Shown here in pieces: positions 18,829 through 27,649 of a stretch of DNA of 64,000 nucleotides (within the stretch, counting starts at the first letter, position 1; each line of letters begins with the position of its first letter). A program made the position numbers and the translations under genes. The notes beneath the pieces were generated by a model. The model ran no database searches and was not told where the DNA came from. It saw only the letters and a program-made list of their open reading frames with translations. Origin of the DNA: an uncultured bacterium (lineage in GTDB: Bacteria; Patescibacteriota; Minisyncoccia; UBA6257; 2-01-FULL-56-20); contig OY970126.1 in assembly GCA_963705915.1 (NCBI GenBank), positions 408,616 to 472,615 of the forward strand, given 5' to 3'.

Positions 18829-20946
18829 TCAATCATTCGCCAATGGTTCGAGCGTGAGCGTGACAACCATGCGGCCCGGCGGGTCGTCGGATGTATAAAT
18901 GTATGAAGCAAGACCATTCTCCTCAAAAACATATCCGAGCGGTGCGTCGACTTCAAATTGGTAGTTGCCCGTCGCGCCCGCTTGTTTTTCAAAAACAAAC
19001 TGATATTGCACGCCGGCGGCGGGTATAGCAAAAAGACGATGGGTGTATTCGAATGTCAATTGAGTGCTCGTCCCCGCCCGCACCCGCGACCAGACAGCAA
19101 AAACCTCTTTCCCAAATTGCATATTCGTTGTAACCGCTGGATACGTGAAGAGCGGCAACGTGCTCGACTCGATGGAAGCGATGAGCGGATCGGTTGTGTA
19201 GCCGTTTTTTGCGTAATTGATCGGCGCGGGCACGGTGCGCACAATGCCGCCGCTTTCGTTCGTGAGCGTGCTCGCGGGCGGAACAAAAACTTGCAGGTAA
19301 TCTTGATTGGTCGTTTGATACCACGGATAGGGACTCGTATTGCCAGTGTCCTTGCGATTGATGATGAGTGTGTCAGTCATCGTTCCATCGTCGCCGATTT
19401 GTGCGTCAAAGTTGATCGACTGGTTAACATAAAGTTCCGACTTGTCAGCATTGATATCGGCATTCACAACGGCGAGATAGTCGCCGTTAAAGTTTTGCGG
19501 CAATTGATACACGTCGCCGCCGACGCCATAGGTTTCGACAAAATTTTCGAGCGCAGGATCCTTAAAATAGGTCATCACATCTTTGTCCGCCATCCAATTG
19601 AGCGCCATCGAGAGCAGTTGTTGCCGGGTGGAAGTTGCCGGGGCAGTAGCTAACGTTGAGGTCGTTGCCGTGCTGGTAGACGTTAGATCCTGGAATATCG
19701 CCTGACCGAGCGATCCAATGATTCCTTTTGGATACGTGGCACCGGTTTCCTGTCCTGCTTGAACAATCTTTTGGGTTTGCACGAGAAGATTCTGCGAGTT
19801 GAATGTTGTGGCCGACGTTCCGGAACCAAGCGTGATCGGCCCCGTGAGGCTGAGCAAATCGCTCACAACGCGCGGAGAGATTGCTACGGCGCCATCGAAC
19901 GTTGTCCCGCTTGCGGCATACAAACCAGCCTGTTCGAACATGCGGATCGTCTCCGAGGCGGATGTCGGGAAATCAAAAAACCAATTGGCGTCGGCCGGAC
20001 GGAATCGCGTTGTCTCGAGCTGAAGCGGCACCGGCGGAACGATATTCGGTTTGAACGTCACGTCGACATCGGCAATGTCGTGGACCGTGAAATTGGTCAC
20101 TGTTGCGCTCGCAAGCGTCACATCCGCATAGCTTCCCAAAAATCCGCCAGCCGGTTTTTCTTCTGAGGGATTTTGGAAAAATATGAGCACGTGATGCGGC
20201 GTGGACGTGGCGAACCACGGAATGAAGCTGTTCAAAAATTGCTCGGCGCCTTCGACTTGTGCTTTGAGCGGCAGATACGTCTGCGCAAGGCTGGTTGACG
20301 TCCCACTCTCGAGCGACGGCATAACCGAGCCTAAAACATTGCTGTCGGCGTCGATGGCCGCGAGATCGTTTTTTACGCTCGTGAGATTCGCGACCATGTC
20401 GTTGCCGTTGCCCGTCGCAAAGAATTCGAACGTGCTCGTCTGAAGCGTTGCGGCATCGGACGCAAGCATCGTAAGTTGCTGGGAGATATCGCTAAACGAC
20501 TGGATAGCCTGCGAACTGCCCTTGAAAAGAAATCCGAGCGCGCCGGCAAAACCACCGAAGCTCTGGGTGGTATCGAGATTTTGGAACTGCGCTGCCGCTG
20601 ACTGCGGGTCGAGATTCTGCAAATCGCTCACGCCTTGTTGCAAAATGGAAACCTGCGACGAGACATCGTGCAGCACCTCATTGCGGGCAACATAATATGA
20701 AATGATTGACCCGCCAATGAAGATCGCAATGATACCCGCGATACCCCAGACAATCCCTTTTGGCAATTTTTGGTCGGAACTCCCTCGAAACTTCCGGTAA
20801 TTGCCCGGCGTGACGGGAATGTCTTTGAGCGTTTCTCGCTCGCGCGGTTCTGAGGCGATCGTTTTCGCAAGAGCATTCACGTTGATGTCTTCATCGGTGT
20901 GCCGGAATTGCAATCGTTTCTTCGGTTTTTTATTCTGTTCAGCCAT
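18829..20946 (-). CDS. DUF4012 domain-containing membrane-anchored protein
   Basis: Start at ATG 20946 (MAEQNKKPKK...), single TM (VWGIAGIIAIFIGGSIISYYV), FFQNPSEEKPAGGFLGSYADV motif characteristic of DUF4012; upstream part of track ORF overlaps divergent gene. Confidence 0.65.
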   Translation of the reverse strand: MAEQNKKPKKRLQFRHTDEDINVNALAKTIASEPRERETLKDIPVTPGNYRKFRGSSDQKLPKGIVWGIAGIIAIFIGGSIISYYVARNEVLHDVSSQVSILQQGVSDLQNLDPQSAAAQFQNLDTTQSFGGFAGALGFLFKGSSQAIQSFSDISQQLTMLASDAATLQTSTFEFFATGNGNDMVANLTSVKNDLAAIDADSNVLGSVMPSLESGTSTSLAQTYLPLKAQVEGAEQFLNSFIPWFATSTPHHVLIFFQNPSEEKPAGGFLGSYADVTLASATVTNFTVHDIADVDVTFKPNIVPPVPLQLETTRFRPADANWFFDFPTSASETIRMFEQAGLYAASGTTFDGAVAISPRVVSDLLSLTGPITLGSGTSATTFNSQNLLVQTQKIVQAGQETGATYPKGIIGSLGQAIFQDLTSTSTATTSTLATAPATSTRQQLLSMALNWMADKDVMTYFKDPALENFVETYGVGGDVYQLPQNFNGDYLAVVNADINADKSELYVNQSINFDAQIGDDGTMTDTLIINRKDTGNTSPYPWYQTTNQDYLQVFVPPASTLTNESGGIVRTVPAPINYAKNGYTTDPLIASIESSTLPLFTYPAVTTNMQFGKEVFAVWSRVRAGTSTQLTFEYTHRLFAIPAAGVQYQFVFEKQAGATGNYQFEVDAPLGYVFEENGLASYIYTSDDPPGRMVVTLTLEPLAND

Positions 20947-20957
20947 ACAAGATAATT

Positions 20958-20986
20958 TTACCTGAAAAAAAATTGTTTTGTATAAT
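20958..20986 (+). promoter_or_regulatory. Putative sigma-70 promoter (TTTACC-N17-TATAAT) with -10 only 8 nt before ATG of the GT39 gene
   Basis: TATAAT at 20981-20986, ATG at 20995. Confidence 0.3.
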
Positions 20987-20994
20987 GAACGTAT

Positions 20995-22989
20995 ATGCTC
21001 GCCGCGCTCAGAAAAATTTCCGCACGAACCGCCATCCTGGTTGTGGTACTCATCTGCGTGACCGCATTCGCCCTCATGATGTGGGCGGCACGCACCGATT
21101 CGGCGATTGACGATGAACTCGCCCACATCCCTGCCGGCTACGGTTACGTCCACAACCTCGATTACCGGCTCAATCCGGAACACCCGCCACTCGTCAAAGC
21201 GCTCGCGATGGTACCGATCCTTTTCCTTCGTCCAAATTTCCCGACCAATAACCCAGCATGGACCACCGCCGTAAACGGCGAGTGGGCCATGGGGACGGCA
21301 TTCCTCTACCAATCCGGCAACGATGCCAACGAAATTATCCAAACGGCGCGGGCCATGCCGATCCTGCTCACCATCTTTGCCATACTTCTCGTTTATTTTC
21401 TCGCCCGAAAATTGATGGGCCCGTGGTGGGCACTCCTGCCAACATTCCTATTTGCCTTTGACCCAACGGTGCTTGGACAGGGCCATTATGTGACGACCGA
21501 TCTCGGCGCAACGTTTGGTGTTCTTTTTTCACTATTTTTCTTTCTGAAGTATGTGAAGTCACCTACGAACAAAAATCTCTGGTACGCCGGACTTTCCTTT
21601 GGCATCGCGCAAATCACAAAGTTTTCAACGCCGCTCCTCATCCCGGTTTATATATTTTTAATCATTGTGTTGTGGCTTCGAGACACGATCAACGAGTGGC
21701 CTCATACGGCGGAACGATTTAAGAAATTTTTCATGAAGTTAGTGCGCTATGGATGGCGGCTGCTGCTCATCGGTATTATCGGCTACGTTTTCATCGTCTA
21801 CCCCATCTATTTCCTTTTCACCGTAAACTATCCGGCGAGCAAACAAGTTTCCGATACAACGCAGATTCTTACTTCGTTCGCAAACGGCCCAACCCCAGTC
21901 GGACAACATTGTGAGCTTTTGCGCTGCATTGCCAACGCCGACATCGTGATGGCCGGCAATCCCGTGCTGCGCCCGTACGGAGAATATTTACTGGGCCTCC
22001 TCATGACACTCCAACGATCGGATGGCGGCAACACCATCTACTTCTTGGGAGCGGTGCGCGGCAGTGGCGGCTGGACGTATTTTCCCGTTCTCTTCTTGTT
22101 AAAGGAACCCATCCCGACGCTCATTATCGTCTTCCTCGCACTCTTTATCGCGCTTTGGTGGATCGTCAAAAAATTTATTGACGCCATCCGCGAACGTGCG
22201 CCGAGCGTCACGCGACAAATCGTCGACTACCTCGGCACGAATTTTTCACAATTCTCGATGGCATCATTCGTCATCTTCTACTGGGGCTACAGCATGCACA
22301 GTCCGCTAAACATCGGCATCCGGCACATTCTTCCAACGATCCCGCTCATGTTCATTTTGGCCGCTGGCGTTTGGAAGCGGTGGATCACGGACATCCATTT
22401 TTCATTCACGGGAACCGGCGGCTTGCTCGCAAACCTTTCGCCCGAAGCAATCATGGCATCAGCCAAAGGACTTGCACGACGGCTTCTCTATGCAAGCATC
22501 AAATATGTAGTGCTTATCATTTTGCTTTTCTGGCTGCTCTTCGAAACACTCTTCAACGCACCCTATTTCCTTTCCTACTTCAATGAATTTGGCGGCGGCA
22601 CATGGAATGGTTATCACTACGTGACGGATTCAAATTACGATTGGGGGCAGGATTTATTGAGGCTTCAAACATTCGTCGACCAACATCCGGAAATCAACAC
22701 GATTGCCGTTGACTATTTTGGCGGCGGCGATCCGAGCTATTATCTCGGGAGCAAGGAGGTGAACTGGAATGCCGGCAAAGGCAATCCGGCTGATCAAGGC
22801 ATCGATTGGATTGCGATCTCCGTAAATCAATTGCAAGCTGCCATTGAACCGCTCGCACCCGGCCAAACGCGCAATGCATCGGACACCTATGCCTGGCTCA
22901 CCGCACTGCGTCCACCGGCGCCGGGGATGGGCAACGTTCCCCCGCCGGATTACCGGGTCGGCACGTCAATCTTTATCTATCATTTATAA
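20995..22989 (+). CDS. GT39/PMT-like (ArnT-type) integral membrane glycosyltransferase
   Basis: Multi-TM protein with first-loop DDELAHIPAGYGY (DE motif) typical of protein O-mannosyltransferase/ArnT superfamily. Confidence 0.7.
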   Translation: MLAALRKISARTAILVVVLICVTAFALMMWAARTDSAIDDELAHIPAGYGYVHNLDYRLNPEHPPLVKALAMVPILFLRPNFPTNNPAWTTAVNGEWAMGTAFLYQSGNDANEIIQTARAMPILLTIFAILLVYFLARKLMGPWWALLPTFLFAFDPTVLGQGHYVTTDLGATFGVLFSLFFFLKYVKSPTNKNLWYAGLSFGIAQITKFSTPLLIPVYIFLIIVLWLRDTINEWPHTAERFKKFFMKLVRYGWRLLLIGIIGYVFIVYPIYFLFTVNYPASKQVSDTTQILTSFANGPTPVGQHCELLRCIANADIVMAGNPVLRPYGEYLLGLLMTLQRSDGGNTIYFLGAVRGSGGWTYFPVLFLLKEPIPTLIIVFLALFIALWWIVKKFIDAIRERAPSVTRQIVDYLGTNFSQFSMASFVIFYWGYSMHSPLNIGIRHILPTIPLMFILAAGVWKRWITDIHFSFTGTGGLLANLSPEAIMASAKGLARRLLYASIKYVVLIILLFWLLFETLFNAPYFLSYFNEFGGGTWNGYHYVTDSNYDWGQDLLRLQTFVDQHPEINTIAVDYFGGGDPSYYLGSKEVNWNAGKGNPADQGIDWIAISVNQLQAAIEPLAPGQTRNASDTYAWLTALRPPAPGMGNVPPPDYRVGTSIFIYHL

Positions 22990-23804
22990 TAGACGCGATT
23001 TTCAGTTCGGCAGTCGATATAACTCAACTTACTCCAATTCGATTGCTTCATAAGATCTTCGATCACCTGAAGATAATTATCGGCTGGGAATCGAAGACTG
23101 AAATAAATCGCCGGACCGTTCACCGTCGTCACGTCCACTTCTTCAAGCGAAAGATCGTTCAAAGCAATATCGGCCGTGTTTACCTGGGCTGCCGTCAAAA
23201 CATTTACGATCGATACCATATTTGATGCGAATTCCGGCGGCAAAATTTGTTGGTTCACGCCGGTCGGTTTTTGTGTGTGGTCGTGGACAACCATGATGTC
23301 GCTCCCTTCGGTGTCATACGTCCGTTCGAACATGTCGCCGGTCTTATCAAATGAAAAGCACTGCTCGTCGCCGTTCGCTTGCGGCACGAAGCACCAAATC
23401 CCCACCGGTTGCCGTTCGGCCACCATGATAGTGATGGTATGCGAAAAATAATCCTTACTCACACTCAAGCCCGCAAGTTGCGGGATCCAGGCGAGCGTGC
23501 TTGATGGAATGCTCGACGGCCAAACGAACATGTTATCAAACCCGATTACCGGTTTGAGCGACCATTTGCGCTCGGCCGGCGGCATGATGGCCGCTTCCAC
23601 GAGTGAAACAACCGCATCGCTCGACACCGAGTCGTTTCCCTGCACAATTATCTTATTCACGCGGAAAAGCGGTGACCGGAATAAAAACCATGCGACGGCG
23701 AGGCCGAGAAAATATACGATAAAAACGCCGAGCGTCGCCAAAAAATACATTCGCCGTTTGCGCCGCTTTTTTTTATGCTCTGGAACATATGAATGAACCT
23801 GCAT
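22980..23804 (-). CDS. FtsQ/DivIB-like cell division protein (POTRA-type)
   Basis: Basic N-terminus (KKKRRKRR), single TM, then RVNKIIVQGNDSVSSDAVVSLVE POTRA-like start; downstream of alr. Confidence 0.5.
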   Translation of the reverse strand: MQVHSYVPEHKKKRRKRRMYFLATLGVFIVYFLGLAVAWFLFRSPLFRVNKIIVQGNDSVSSDAVVSLVEAAIMPPAERKWSLKPVIGFDNMFVWPSSIPSSTLAWIPQLAGLSVSKDYFSHTITIMVAERQPVGIWCFVPQANGDEQCFSFDKTGDMFERTYDTEGSDIMVVHDHTQKPTGVNQQILPPEFASNMVSIVNVLTAAQVNTADIALNDLSLEEVDVTTVNGPAIYFSLRFPADNYLQVIEDLMKQSNWSKLSYIDCRTENRVYYK

Positions 23805-23806
23805 AA

Positions 23807-24994
23807 CTATAGAATACCATCCACAACCACCCGTTCCATAAGCGGATTGAGGCGCGTGATGAATTCATAGTGGCTTGTTCCGGACTTCTGCGCCGGTTCC
23901 CATGCAAGGATCTCATCGTTGCCGTCGGGGCCGACGATGGTCACGATGTCGCCTGATGTTACACGCTTGGCATCCTTCCCGGCGTTTTCTCCGGAAAGCA
24001 AGACGGCTGTCATATCCATCGAAACGCGGCCGAGCACCCGCGCTCGTTTGCCGCGGACGAGTATTTCCCCCGTCGAAGAAAGTGCGCGCGGAAAACCGTG
24101 CCAATAGCCGATCGGCAAAACTGCCATGGTGCCGTTGTGCGGAATGCGCTCGGTGAGATCGTAACCGACGTAATCCCCCGCCTTGAGTTTTTTCACTTCG
24201 CTCACCACCGTCCGCCATCGCAAAACGGGATGCAGTGTCATCGTATCGCCGAGCTGGACTTCAAGTTCTTTGGAAGGCCACAAACCGTAGAGGCCGATGC
24301 CAACGCGGACGGCGTCGAGGTGATATTTTTTGTCGATGAGAGTTCCTCCGGTTGCCGCCGCATGTCGTACAAGATTTTTGAAGCCGGCTTTTTCAAAAAG
24401 ATCAACTACCTTTTCATATTTTTTTAATTGTTCGTCGGTATAGGTTGGATAATTGGTGTCTTTCGCGGATGCAAAATGGGTAAATAAGCCCTTGCAGTGG
24501 CCGTGCAAATGCGAGTGGATAGTCTGCAATTGCTTTACAACTTTCGGCACATCCTCAAGATAAAATCCCTGGCGATGCATGCCGGTATCGATTTTGATAT
24601 GGAAATCGGGAACATGCTTGTCATCACGCTTCGCGATACCACTCAACGCTTTGAGTGCTTCAAAATTCGAGATTGAAATCGTGATATGCTTTTTTGCCGC
24701 TTCGGCGTAGCGGGACGCGAGCGTGGGTCCCAAGACAAGGATCGGCTTCTTGATACCTTCGCGCCGGAGGGCGAGCGCCTCGACAATGCTATCGACGCAA
24801 AGTCCATCGATGCCAAAGCGGTCCATCAACTTCGAAAAAACCAAAAGGCCGTGGCCGTAGGCATTTGATTTGACGACCGCCCAGAGCTGCACCTTTTTGC
24901 CGATAAGCCGCCGGAATGTATCGTAATTTTTCTTTGCGGCACGGGCATCTATCTCGACCCATGTGCGAAGATTGTTAATGTCTGCCTTTTTCAT
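23807..24994 (-). CDS. alr: Alanine racemase
   Basis: VQLWAVVKSNAYGHG PLP-lysine motif, 395 aa two-domain architecture. Confidence 0.9.
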   Translation of the reverse strand: MKKADINNLRTWVEIDARAAKKNYDTFRRLIGKKVQLWAVVKSNAYGHGLLVFSKLMDRFGIDGLCVDSIVEALALRREGIKKPILVLGPTLASRYAEAAKKHITISISNFEALKALSGIAKRDDKHVPDFHIKIDTGMHRQGFYLEDVPKVVKQLQTIHSHLHGHCKGLFTHFASAKDTNYPTYTDEQLKKYEKVVDLFEKAGFKNLVRHAAATGGTLIDKKYHLDAVRVGIGLYGLWPSKELEVQLGDTMTLHPVLRWRTVVSEVKKLKAGDYVGYDLTERIPHNGTMAVLPIGYWHGFPRALSSTGEILVRGKRARVLGRVSMDMTAVLLSGENAGKDAKRVTSGDIVTIVGPDGNDEILAWEPAQKSGTSHYEFITRLNPLMERVVVDGIL

Positions 24995-25054
24995 ATATTT
25001 GTAGCTACGCCTATACCTATTCGTACCCGCTCATGCTAACAAACCTCATAGAAA

Positions 25055-25354
25055 CTACCGATAGAGCAGTACGCCCACAATAATGACGAGATCGCAGATG
25101 AGAAGAATAAAATTGGTGAGGACGAGCGGCTTTTCGTCGTGGAGCAATCCGTAGACAAACCACATGAACGACCCTCCGGCGAGAAGCGCCCAGGTGATGA
25201 TCGATATGCCGCTCGCGTCTTGATTGATCCACACCTGTATGATCTGCGGAATGAGGACGAATGGGCCGAACAAACTGCCGATATACATCACCTTGTCAAA
25301 AAATTTCTTTTCGGCTTCCTTGTTCAACTGCATCTTTATCATCTCAAGGTTCAT
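25055..25354 (-). CDS. SemiSWEET / PQ-loop sugar transporter (3-TM)
   Basis: PQ motif (VLIPQIIQVW), three TM helices in about 80 aa; N-terminal 22 aa amphipathic extension (alternative start at Met23). Confidence 0.65.
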   Translation of the reverse strand: MNLEMIKMQLNKEAEKKFFDKVMYIGSLFGPFVLIPQIIQVWINQDASGISIITWALLAGGSFMWFVYGLLHDEKPLVLTNFILLICDLVIIVGVLLYR

Positions 25355-26679
25355 GGTGTAATAGTGATTTTTTTCTTGCCGACATAATCGCGCAACACTT
25401 TTGGCACTTCAACCGAGCCATCCTTCGTCTGATAATTTTCCAAAATTGCAATGAAGATTCGCGGTGATGGGAGCGCGGTATTATTCAGCATATAGACAAA
25501 CTTTTTTTCGCCGGTCGCAGGATCAACATATTTCACGTTCAATCGACGCGACTGCCAGTCGAGGAAATTACTCGCCGATCCGGTTTCGGCCCAACGGTTC
25601 ATCCCCGGTAGCCACGCTTCCGTATCAAACTGCCGATATTTGCCGACGCCCAGATCGCCCGTGCAGATCATGAGGCGTCGATACGGCAGGCCGAGCTCGC
25701 GATGCATCTCGGCAGAAATATCGACCATCTCTTCTTGCAATTTATTCGCGAGATCGATGTCGGCCGGCGCGAGCACCACTTGTTCAACCTTCATAAATTC
25801 GTGCACGCGATACATGCCCTTCACGTCTTTGCCATAGTTGCCAATTTCACTCCGATAGCATTGGCTGTATCCGGAATGTTTGATCGGTAACTGGTCCGGT
25901 GCCAAAAGTTCATCGGCGTAATAGGCAAGGAGTGAAGGTTCTGCGGTGCCAACCAAAAACTTTTTATCTTTGCTCGCGGCACCGGTCGCTTCTTTGTCGT
26001 GTGTTGCAACTTCATAGATTTCATCAGCTTCGGGATCGTATTCCAATCCTTTAAAATATCCCGTGCCGAAGAGCGCGAATTCTTTGACGAGCGTCGGCGG
26101 GATCATCGGCGCGTAGCCTTTCTCCACCATCTTCTTCACCGCATACATCATGACACCCATCGCAAGCAAGACGCCGTCGTTCTTCAGATAATAGCCGCGA
26201 AAACCGCCCACCTTCGTGCCGGCTTCAAAATCGAGGATGTCGAGCGCTTTGCCGAGCTCCATGTGGTCCTTCGGTTCAAAGCCAAACGTGTTCGCAACGG
26301 AACCGCTCGCATTTTCTTTTCTGCCGTCGTCCGGCGTCCACCGAAAAACTTCTTTGTTCGCGGTCTCGTCTTTTCCAACCGGCACGTCGGGCGCGATCAC
26401 GTTCGGCACGCGCGCCATAAGCTCGTTGAATTTCTTTTCGAGATCACTAAAACCGCTCTCTTCTTCAAGCTTTTTAAATTCCTCTTTGAGCCGCGTGCCC
26501 GTCTCGCGGTCTTTCGTCTTCTTTTGTTCAGCGCGAATCGACTCAAGCTTGGCCATCGTCTCGCGGCGGCGCTTGTCGTTGTCGAGCAAGGCGTCGATCA
26601 CCCCTGGATCCAGGTTCTTCTTGCGGGCCGCATCTTTTACCTCATCCGCATGTTCCCGGATAAATTTGATATCGAGCAT
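25351..26679 (-). CDS. serS: Seryl-tRNA synthetase
   Basis: N-terminal coiled-coil arm, class II motifs (FRSE-like YRSEIGNYGKD, GLPYRRL). Confidence 0.93.
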   Translation of the reverse strand: MLDIKFIREHADEVKDAARKKNLDPGVIDALLDNDKRRRETMAKLESIRAEQKKTKDRETGTRLKEEFKKLEEESGFSDLEKKFNELMARVPNVIAPDVPVGKDETANKEVFRWTPDDGRKENASGSVANTFGFEPKDHMELGKALDILDFEAGTKVGGFRGYYLKNDGVLLAMGVMMYAVKKMVEKGYAPMIPPTLVKEFALFGTGYFKGLEYDPEADEIYEVATHDKEATGAASKDKKFLVGTAEPSLLAYYADELLAPDQLPIKHSGYSQCYRSEIGNYGKDVKGMYRVHEFMKVEQVVLAPADIDLANKLQEEMVDISAEMHRELGLPYRRLMICTGDLGVGKYRQFDTEAWLPGMNRWAETGSASNFLDWQSRRLNVKYVDPATGEKKFVYMLNNTALPSPRIFIAILENYQTKDGSVEVPKVLRDYVGKKKITITP

Positions 26680-26688
26680 GATGGATTT

Positions 26689-26716
26689 ATTGTAGCGCGA
26701 AGCCGGGAAAATTCAA
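26689..26716 (-). promoter_or_regulatory. Putative sigma-70 promoter for serS (TTGAAT-N16-TACAAT), -10 ends 9 nt before ATG
   Basis: Minus strand ttgaattttcccggcttcgcgctacaat then aaatccatc ATG. Confidence 0.35.
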
Positions 26717-26771
26717 AAGGTCAGCGACGCTTTTTATTTTTTGAGATCGTTGAGGTAGACAACTTTATAAC

Positions 26772-26817
26772 ATTATATAAAGAAAGCCCGCGCAAGAACC
26801 GAAGTTCAAGCGCGGGC
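26772..26817 (-). terminator. Hairpin (8-bp GC stem GCCCGCGC/GCGCGGGC) followed by T-rich tract on minus strand
   Basis: 26786-26793 pairs with 26810-26817; lies about 250 nt downstream of the 27064 stop, so assignment as terminator is tentative. Confidence 0.25.
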
Positions 26818-27063
26818 CGGAGGAAAATACGAAGAGCAAAGAGACAGAGGATCAAAAGATCCAATCGCCCCACATTCCAAAGACTAACCTACGAGGGACG
26901 CAACTAGGTCGACGCCGCTCCACTCGTGGCTGAACATGATATAGCGCCGTTCCCACCGGGCGTTATCCCAGTACAGGCACCCAACATACAAGCGGCCTTT
27001 CCCGTCGCGAAAGATGGTACCAAAGAAATAGGTGTATGCAGTCTTCCATGATTCGGGGACGAG

Positions 27064-27534
27064 CTACGGGTTATTGATCAAGGCATCCATAACGCAGGCG
27101 TTCAGCACCTGCACGTCTTTCAGTTCCTTGCGGAGCTCATGACCTTCCGTCGTCTTGCCATATTGCTGTTTCGGCGATAGATACCGGAAGATCTGCTTGC
27201 CGTCCACGTAGAGCTTGCCATCGTCGTGTTTTTCAAGCGCGATCTTCCCCATCGTACGGTGCTCGGCCCCCTCGCCTGTCAGATAACGATCCGGTGGGAT
27301 CGTCGGATTCGCGTCGCAGTCTACGACAACAGCCGCTTGAAGGTGTTTCTGTTCCGGCTTGGATTTTGCCTGCTCGCGCGATTTCAAGTCGCCGTTCGTC
27401 CAGCAGGGTTCCTTGCGGAGAAATTTCCTAAACTCGGTCCCCCATGCATCCGCATCGTTGCCAAGCAAATTAGTCAAAAGCTGTTTAAGCAGTCCAGTGA
27501 AATCCTGGAGCGCCTCACTGAGCAGTTCATTCAT
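27064..27534 (-). CDS. Hypothetical protein (156 aa)
   Basis: Start at ATG 27534 (MNELLSEA...) preceded by AAGGAGG SD 6 nt upstream; no recognisable domain. Confidence 0.5.
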   Translation of the reverse strand: MNELLSEALQDFTGLLKQLLTNLLGNDADAWGTEFRKFLRKEPCWTNGDLKSREQAKSKPEQKHLQAAVVVDCDANPTIPPDRYLTGEGAEHRTMGKIALEKHDDGKLYVDGKQIFRYLSPKQQYGKTTEGHELRKELKDVQVLNACVMDALINNP

Positions 27535-27649
27535 GGTCAGCCTCCTTGGTTTGAAAGTCACAGATCTTTTAACTCTGCGCTGGGTAAATTATATCATTAT
27601 TTTTGCTATATTGTCAACTAGCTTTAAAATCGAGCATTTTCAGCTTAAA

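Noticed and set aside
25999-26907. 302-aa and 159-aa plus-strand ORFs (25999-26907, 26216-26695)
   Set aside because: Antisense to serS; Arg/Ser-rich low-complexity translation typical of antisense frames in GC-rich DNA.
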